A stretch of 64,000 nucleotides of DNA from assembly GCA_946616285.1 (NCBI GenBank), contig CAMOIT010000001.1, positions 32,530 to 96,529 on the forward strand, in the 5' to 3' direction. The translations under genes were made by a program, and so were the position numbers. The DNA is from an uncultured Bacteroidales bacterium. Lineage in GTDB: Bacteria; Bacteroidota; Bacteroidia; Bacteroidales; UBA932. Below, piece by piece: positions 58,038 through 64,000 of this stretch. The notes below the pieces were generated by a model. It did no database searches and was not told the DNA's origin. It worked only from the letters and a program-made list of their open reading frames with translations. Position 1 is the first letter of the stretch. The number at the start of each line of letters is the position of its first letter.

Positions 58038-58311
58038 GTAAGTTGTTCAGTTTCCATTCAAACCTCAGCTGGACGCAGCGATACAATACATACGGGACTA
58101 TTAAAAAACAGTGCTGGAAACTCTATAGGGCTATGCCCGCATTATACGAATATACGATTGCTTTCTTAAGGACGTATTTGGCACGGGGCGTATCTTCTGG
58201 CGATAGGGGCGGAAATAATCGAGAAGACCTTTCTACCTTTCAAAAATTTGCACCCGCCGCTCTTTTGAATTATCTTTGTACAATGGCACAAAAGTCCGAC
58301 ACGGCCGTTCA

Positions 58312-59340
58312 ATGCTTATGACAAAGATGATCGTCATGCCCCTCGGGGAATCCGACTACAACGAATTACTGCGACAAGCTGTCGCAGTAATCGACCAGGC
58401 CAGAGCATCCATCGCGCTCCACGCCAATAGTACCATATCCACCGCCCATTGGAATCTTGGGCAGCTTCTGCATGAGCGAAAGCTGGAAAGCAGGCACGGC
58501 AGCGGTGTGGTGAATCGTCTCTCATCGGATCTGAAGCAGCGGTTCCCGGATATGGGCGTTTCTCCCAGGAATCTATGGGACATGAAACGTTTTTACTTGC
58601 GGTATGTCAATGCCGATGAAAATCTGCGACAGGCTGTCGCAGTTTTACCATGGGGGCATAACTTGCTGATCTTGAATAAGGACTTGTCTGATGACCAAGT
58701 TTTATTCTATGCAATAGAAGTACTATCCAAAGGCTGGTCCCGTGACATGTTGCTCCACGCCGTGAAGGGTGACTACTACCGCAACCTGATGGCCACTCCT
58801 CAATCCAACAACTTCAATAAGACACTACCGGCACCTATTGCCGATTATGCCAATGAAGTGTTCCGTAGTCGTTACAATCTTGGCTTCCTTGGTGCTCGGG
58901 AACCCATGAAGGAACTAAAGCTGGAGCATCGCTTGGTGAAAAAGATAACCCGTTTCATCATGGAATTGGGCAAAGGCTTCACATTCATAGGGAATCAGTA
59001 TATCCTACCATTCAACGGAAAGGACTACAAGGTGGACATGCTTTTCTTCCATCGAGGCTTGCACCGGATGATAGCCATTGATTTAAAGGTTGGCGAGTTC
59101 AAGCCTGAATATGTTGGCAAGATGAACTTCTACCTCACGCTCTTGGACCGCATGGAAAAAGCCCCGGACGAGGAAGCGTCCATTGGCCTCATCCTCTGTG
59201 CCGAGAAAGACCATCTGGACGTCCAGGTTGCACTGCAGGATGTCAATAAGCCGATAGGTGTGGCCGAATACCAATACCTTCTTCCCAAGGAACAGATTCT
59301 CCAAATCGTCTCCTCCGAATTGAAGAAATCCGACAAGTAG
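58312..59340 (+). CDS. YhcG/DUF1016 family PD-(D/E)XK nuclease
   Basis: LPWGHN, GWSR, FIMELGKGFTFIGNQY, DMLFFH, IDLK.GEFKPEY.GKMNFYL, IGLILC. Promoter TTTG-N20-TATCTTTG at 58247-58278. Start codon uncertain. Confidence 0.92.
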   Translation: MLMTKMIVMPLGESDYNELLRQAVAVIDQARASIALHANSTISTAHWNLGQLLHERKLESRHGSGVVNRLSSDLKQRFPDMGVSPRNLWDMKRFYLRYVNADENLRQAVAVLPWGHNLLILNKDLSDDQVLFYAIEVLSKGWSRDMLLHAVKGDYYRNLMATPQSNNFNKTLPAPIADYANEVFRSRYNLGFLGAREPMKELKLEHRLVKKITRFIMELGKGFTFIGNQYILPFNGKDYKVDMLFFHRGLHRMIAIDLKVGEFKPEYVGKMNFYLTLLDRMEKAPDEEASIGLILCAEKDHLDVQVALQDVNKPIGVAEYQYLLPKEQILQIVSSELKKSDK

Positions 59341-59413
59341 GCCGACATTTCCATACCCTCTCTGTGGTCGCGCTCCACTCATTCAGCACCATATGGCGCG
59401 GGCAGGATACGAA

Positions 59414-59704
59414 TCAAATGATTGGAGGCAGTTTGGTCAGGACCACCTGCATCCCCAAGGCCGCAACAATCCGGTAGAAAGTGGAAACGGTGGGCACGGT
59501 GCGGCCATGCTCCACTTTGGAGACGTATGCCTTATCGGCCCCGATACGCTTGGCCAGCTCGGACTGCGTGAGTCCGGCTTCCTTCCTTGCTTCCCGAAGG
59601 ATATCGGTATTGTATTCTTCCCATGCCCTATCCTCTTCGGCCTTCCAGGTTTCAGATCCAATCGGGCCGAACTTTTCGACAAGGTGAGCGGTTATGTCGT
59701 ACAT
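59414..59704 (-). CDS. XRE/HigA-like HTH protein (orphan antitoxin)
   Basis: LREARKEAGLTQSELAKRIGADKAYVSKVE.G..PTVSTF. Confidence 0.88.
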   Translation of the reverse strand: MYDITAHLVEKFGPIGSETWKAEEDRAWEEYNTDILREARKEAGLTQSELAKRIGADKAYVSKVEHGRTVPTVSTFYRIVAALGMQVVLTKLPPII

Positions 59705-59747
59705 ATTTTTGGGGGATACTATCGATGTCCCTTCTACTATCGGCTTT

Positions 59748-59915
59748 CGTGCCAGGCCAGCGGGGGAGATGTCGCAGGTCTGCAGGAGAATGACGCAGGT
59801 CCGCTGAAACCCTGCAGAGCTGGGACGCTGTAGCGCACAGAATTAGGTTTCATGTCCCAGGTCTGGCGTGTTTTTTCAGACCTGCGACGTTATGGCTAGA
59901 GACCTGGCACACGGC
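59748..59915 (+). repeat. Repeat family C copy (GTCGCRGGTC-type motifs)
   Basis: Same seven-motif order as 56151-56320 and 60507-60676, with diverged spacers. Confidence 0.85.
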
Positions 59916-60148
59916 AGGCTATGAATCAGTGCCTTTTTGGAAGTGCCAGCCTTGCTAACGCTATTGATTTATTTTTTAATGTTTCGCCAGACCAGTTCAT
60001 ATTTGCGGGCGATAGGGACCAAATTATCCCCAGACCACATTGCATCGGCAATGGATCACGGAGGACAGACAGCGTGCTTAAAAGACGGTTCAGGCATCCT
60101 TGTACGAATCTGAGGGCTTCATCTTTTTTTTCATGAGTTCCTCATGGG

Positions 60149-60677
60149 CTTTTGCTCCGCGCTAAATCTCTTTTGCCGCGTTTGCACGGAATCGCCATTC
60201 TGCGGCCTGCAAATGCAGACGCGGCAATGAAAACGGCCAATATTGCGAAAAACCGTGCCGCGTTTGCACTCAGATTGCACCAGGAGCGGAATTTTTGCAA
60301 ACGCGGCGAAGTAATAGGGAGGGCTCCTAAGTCAGAGGTATTTCCTCGTTCCCATTGTTCTGGAAGTCAGGAAATATCTGGCCTGCAGCAAGGAAAAGAA
60401 GAGTTCTTCAACGACTTTAACAGGGACGAAGAAGACGTGTAGCCCCTAGCATTCAACACTTTTCCAACCAGCTACGGTCATGTTCTTGTCCTGCTACTAT
60501 TTACCACCGTGCCCGGTCTGCGTAGAAAGGGTCGCGGGTCTGCTTGCTAACGTCGCGGGTCCGTTAAAAACCTGCAGACCGGGGACGCCGGAATGCATAT
60601 AATGGGGTTTTGTGTCGCGGGGCTGAGCCATTTTTACAGACCAGGGACAAAATGACTACAGACCTGATACACGGCCT
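60149..60677 (+). repeat. ~530-bp direct repeat, copy 2
   Basis: Matches 55793-56321. Confidence 0.95.
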
Positions 60678-60762
60678 GCTGATACTGGTGAAGAAAACAG
60701 CCTAATACGAGCCCAAGACCGAAAGTCATGTTCGAAAAATAGATCACCGGGCTCGTTCTTGC

Positions 60763-61308
60763 TCAAAAAGTAGTAGTAGCAATGCCGTCAGGATGATGGC
60801 GTAGGCGACTTAGCGCCCCAGGAGTGACAGGGAAGAGAACAGAATAATCGGTACGATTCATTTGAAATGGCCCGTACTCAAGATGAGTAAGGTAAATGAT
60901 ATCATTCTTCCAGGAGTGCAGCAGGACATTCTCCACGAACTCGGGGTCGTCGTAAATTTCGCTCACCGCTTCGGGAATCTCAGTTATATTGTCGATGATG
61001 ACGATGGGCTTGGGCTCCTTTGGATACATGGAAAGACTATACATAGAGCCGATAGCATCGTTTTTCCGGAACGTTTTCGCATCCCATCGGATAATGGGTC
61101 GACCTTGTTGTTTCTTGAGGAATGTCGATTCTACACCATTGCCAAGAATCTGGTAGGTCGGATGAACAATTTCTTCAAGCTTTTTCATTACAATAACGGG
61201 GTCGGATGCTTCTATTATACATGCCCCTTGTGTGATGAATCCGGCGATTCTATTCTGAATAGATTCGTCAAGTTCGAGCACATGCTCTTTGATAGACTTA
61301 TTAAACAT
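60763..61308 (-). CDS. Hypothetical protein (181 aa)
   Basis: Clean ORF, co-oriented with and 9 nt from the upstream gene; Walker B-like PIVIIDN. Confidence 0.75.
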   Translation of the reverse strand: MFNKSIKEHVLELDESIQNRIAGFITQGACIIEASDPVIVMKKLEEIVHPTYQILGNGVESTFLKKQQGRPIIRWDAKTFRKNDAIGSMYSLSMYPKEPKPIVIIDNITEIPEAVSEIYDDPEFVENVLLHSWKNDIIYLTHLEYGPFQMNRTDYSVLFPVTPGALSRLRHHPDGIATTTF

Positions 61309-61317
61309 ATTATTACG

Positions 61318-61836
61318 TTAACAACAATGACAACTCAGTACGATGGTAATGGCAATAGAAATTATCGCTAAAAGGATGGAGATAATCCCTAGTTTTGTTG
61401 AAATACGGGTGGCGTGGAAGGGATGCTTCCAGAAGTAACAGAGCACACATCCACGACTCACTATTACATCACTTCCAACAATTGTTTCGTTGTCTCCTAA
61501 TTCTCTTATTGAGGAGGGATGCAACGCAAGATTCTTTTCGGTTATTCCGGAATAGTCTTGGCAAAAGACATATTTTCTGTAGATTGACCGGCGGGTTAGT
61601 GGTGAGGTGATTTTGACGACAGCAAGGCGGCGCCTACTGCCAGTATCGTCTGACCGCTTTTTATTAAAAATCGCTTTGTAAGATAATGGAGACATGTATA
61701 CGGAGTCTTCCAGAGACTCTTCTCGAATACGCTCTACATAAAGATTCTTCCCGCCATCTTGAACCTCATTGAGTTTGACACCCCCTGTTTTAGGTGGCAT
61801 GTTCAGTGAAACAACTTTTCTGGTTTCCTTGTTCAT
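61318..61836 (-). CDS. Hypothetical protein with C-terminal TM helix (172 aa)
   Basis: Clean ORF; hydrophobic tail LGIISILLAIISIAITIVL. Confidence 0.75.
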   Translation of the reverse strand: MNKETRKVVSLNMPPKTGGVKLNEVQDGGKNLYVERIREESLEDSVYMSPLSYKAIFNKKRSDDTGSRRRLAVVKITSPLTRRSIYRKYVFCQDYSGITEKNLALHPSSIRELGDNETIVGSDVIVSRGCVLCYFWKHPFHATRISTKLGIISILLAIISIAITIVLSCHCC

Positions 61837-61879
61837 GTTAGAACTATTTTAAAGCATATAGTTAGACGTTGTTGAAAGG

Positions 61880-64000
61880 TTATTCGGGTATTGGTTGATA
61901 CCTGTCGGCATAGTCGATCCAGTAGAAGCCGTCCTGGTAATCCTCTAAAGATTCGGCGGGAACGTAAATGGGACAATTATTGGTGTTGGAGAACATCCCA
62001 TTTGCACCTGAGGGAGGATTCGTGGGAAGTATGGTAATTTTGGTAAGATTTGAGCAGTTACAAAAAGCGTCTCCACCTATACTGGTTACATTTTTGGGAA
62101 TAGTCAAAGATGTTAATCCGGAATTCGCAAAAGCATAGTCATCAATAAGGCTAACGTTTTTGGGGATATCAATACTTGTCAAACTAGAACACCCTTCAAA
62201 TCCACGATGACCAATGCTTGTGATACTATTCGGTAGAGTAATCGATGATAAAGTGGAACAATTGTAAAACGTAAACAAATCAATTGCAGTTATACCACCT
62301 TCGATAATAACAGACGTCAATCCTGTGCAATCTTCAAATACGGACCCGTCCAAAGAAGTGACATTATTAGGTATAGTTATAGATGATAAAGCCGTACATC
62401 CCCTAAATGCGCCACTGCCAATGCTTTTAATGTTAGAAGGAATGATAATGGATTTTAGCCCAGTCCACTCGTAAAAAGCCTTTCTTCCAATACTGTTTAA
62501 CTTTGACGGAAGGGTAATTGTTGTCAATTTTGTGCAGCCTGCGAACACTCTTTCTCCAAGGCTAGTTATGCTGTCAGGTAGCTTAATAGATGTCAATTCC
62601 CAGCCGGCAAACATCTCATTGGGGATAGTAGTAATGCCGGTGAAGTATTGGAACTCATCAAATGACTGATATGTCTTAACGCCGCCAAATGCGGTTTTGA
62701 GATCGTCGCCCGAGGTGACGCTTGCGGCCTCAGCATAGGAAAGTTCGCCATCACCATCGGTGTCAAATTTTCTTACCAGCTTTTTCTTTACGTTTTCATC
62801 GGCGAATGCAATGATGCCACCGGGTTCTGGACCGGGCTCGCCGCCGGTTTCACCGTTAAGGCTGTAAAGGTAACCGCCGTTGGATACGGTCTCAGGAATA
62901 TTGCCGCGGTAGTTCATCAGTTCGGCATGGATGATCACTTCATCGCCGACTTTGATATCGGTACCGGAAGTGTACTTCTGGTTGCCAAGGTACAGGATGC
63001 GGTAGGCGGCGAAGGAGGCTTCAAAGCCTTCGTCCACTATGTCGAATGTAGCGTTGCCGTATTCTCCACTCTCGGCGTAGGTGCCCTTGTTGGCAATCTT
63101 GCTGATCTTACCCTTTACATAGTAGGGACCTACTTTCTGATAATCCGTGTTGCTGGTCCAGGTGAGGTCCTTCACGACAGAGCGGGCTGCGGCCACGTTG
63201 AAGGGGTTATCCAGGGAGCCGTCACCGGTGGGATCGCCTTCTTCAGGGTCGGGGCCGGGACCGGGTTCTTCGGGTATCGCTTGATACCGGTCGGCATAGT
63301 CGATCCAGTAGAATCCGTCCTGATAATCCTCCAAAGAGTCGGCTGGGACGTAAATGGGACAATTATTCGTATTGTTGAACATATTGCTACTTCCATTTGG
63401 AGGAGTGGTAGCAAGAATTGTAATTCTGGTTAGACTTGAACAGTTTTCGAATGCCGATTCGTTAATGACTTTAACGCTTTCAGGAATAGTTAGTTCAGTG
63501 ACACTCATGCAACCACTAAAAGCGCGCGAGTCAATCGTGGAGACGCTAATAGGAAGAATTATTTGATTAAGTTTTGTACAATTATAGAAAGCTCTATTTC
63601 CTATGAAAGTAACACTTTGAGGGATTTCAATAGAAACCAAGTTGGCACAACAATAAAACATCCCTTCACTTAAGGCTTGTGTGCCGGACGGAATAGAAAT
63701 TGAAGTAAGACTATTACATTGTTCAAAAGCAAACTCATCGTACTGGGTGGCTTTATTAGGAAGGATGATATATTGAATTCCAGAGCAACATTTGAATGCT
63801 TCTCGACCAATGTAGGTTACACTGTCTGGAATAATAATAGACGTAAGGTTTGAACAACCATGAAAAGCCTGGTATCCAATACTTTTCACGTTTGAAGGAA
63901 TGATGATAGATTGCAACCCTGTCCATCCGTCAAACATCTGATCGGGGATAGTAGTTATGCCGGTGAAGTATTGAAACTCATTAAACGACTTATAGGTCTT
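61880..64000 (-). CDS. BspA-like leucine-rich repeat (LRR_5) surface protein; 5' end outside the window
   Basis: Many L.SI.IP.SVT.IG..AF..C repeats. The frame stays open to the window edge (KTYKSFNEFQYFTGITTIP). The LRR module is duplicated around an OB-fold-like insert. Confidence 0.93.
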   Translation of the reverse strand, partial: KTYKSFNEFQYFTGITTIPDQMFDGWTGLQSIIIPSNVKSIGYQAFHGCSNLTSIIIPDSVTYIGREAFKCCSGIQYIILPNKATQYDEFAFEQCNSLTSISIPSGTQALSEGMFYCCANLVSIEIPQSVTFIGNRAFYNCTKLNQIILPISVSTIDSRAFSGCMSVTELTIPESVKVINESAFENCSSLTRITILATTPPNGSSNMFNNTNNCPIYVPADSLEDYQDGFYWIDYADRYQAIPEEPGPGPDPEEGDPTGDGSLDNPFNVAAARSVVKDLTWTSNTDYQKVGPYYVKGKISKIANKGTYAESGEYGNATFDIVDEGFEASFAAYRILYLGNQKYTSGTDIKVGDEVIIHAELMNYRGNIPETVSNGGYLYSLNGETGGEPGPEPGGIIAFADENVKKKLVRKFDTDGDGELSYAEAASVTSGDDLKTAFGGVKTYQSFDEFQYFTGITTIPNEMFAGWELTSIKLPDSITSLGERVFAGCTKLTTITLPSKLNSIGRKAFYEWTGLKSIIIPSNIKSIGSGAFRGCTALSSITIPNNVTSLDGSVFEDCTGLTSVIIEGGITAIDLFTFYNCSTLSSITLPNSITSIGHRGFEGCSSLTSIDIPKNVSLIDDYAFANSGLTSLTIPKNVTSIGGDAFCNCSNLTKITILPTNPPSGANGMFSNTNNCPIYVPAESLEDYQDGFYWIDYADRYQPIPE

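Noticed and set aside
58283-58321. Frameshifted 5' end of yhcG (ATG at 58283 just after the promoter)
   Set aside because: That frame stops after 12 codons, and in-frame ATGs at 58312 and 58318 suffice. It cannot be decided without homologue alignment.
59916-60148. Possible gene fragment between repeat C and repeat B
   Set aside because: Short open stretches exist on both strands, but there is no recognisable family or clear start.
50895-60677. Repeat families B, C and D as CRISPR arrays
   Set aside because: The motifs are only 9-12 bp and alternate in orientation, spacers are homologous between copies, and there are no cas genes.
50530-60677. ORF-track ORFs over the repeats (e.g. 50853-51155, 55706-56086, 57657-57926, 60152-60442)
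   Set aside because: They are incidental translations of palindromic repeats on both strands with no protein motifs. The linker ending ...FNRDEEDV* may be a gene remnant but could not be identified.
50530-60677. Classical integron attC sites or an IS element
   Set aside because: No RYYYAAC...GTTRRRY bounded sites were recognised, and there is no integrase or transposase ORF in the window.

Overview
This is a GC-rich Bacteroidales chromosomal segment, inferred from a SusC/SusD pair, TAnnTTTG promoters and a DUF6377 regulator; its gene content suggests a gut or rumen lineage. It has four parts. (1) 1-28.1 kb is a minus-strand PUL-like operon with SusC/SusD, four genes carrying a related EEP phosphoesterase domain (one fused to a retaining-type GH97, one to a type V pilin-like domain), pilin-like, BACON, Ig and beta-helix lipoproteins, and two unannotated ~50-aa YxxP peptides whose acidic/aromatic C-termini match the tails of several of the lipoproteins. 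(2) 28.3-37.8 kb holds the DUF6377 regulator, an IclR-linked sugar-acid catabolic operon (dehydratase, SDR, RraA-type aldolase, lactonase, MFS) and a GH3. (3) 37.8-50.5 kb is housekeeping and envelope genes (AGCS symporter, DUF2490/DUF4956/VTC, galE, OstA-like, SurA-like, dacB). (4) 50.5-64 kb is a plastic region where four families of fixed-geometry palindromic repeats separate genes and gene 3'-end remnants. It includes a ~530-bp direct repeat bracketing an AbiF-like HEPN gene with its own promoter-hairpin-terminator small RNA, a DUF1016 nuclease and an orphan HTH antitoxin, followed by two hypothetical genes and a BspA-like LRR gene. No rRNA, tRNA, CRISPR array, transposase, integrase or reverse transcriptase was seen. 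All family calls are from motif recognition by eye, not from database searches.
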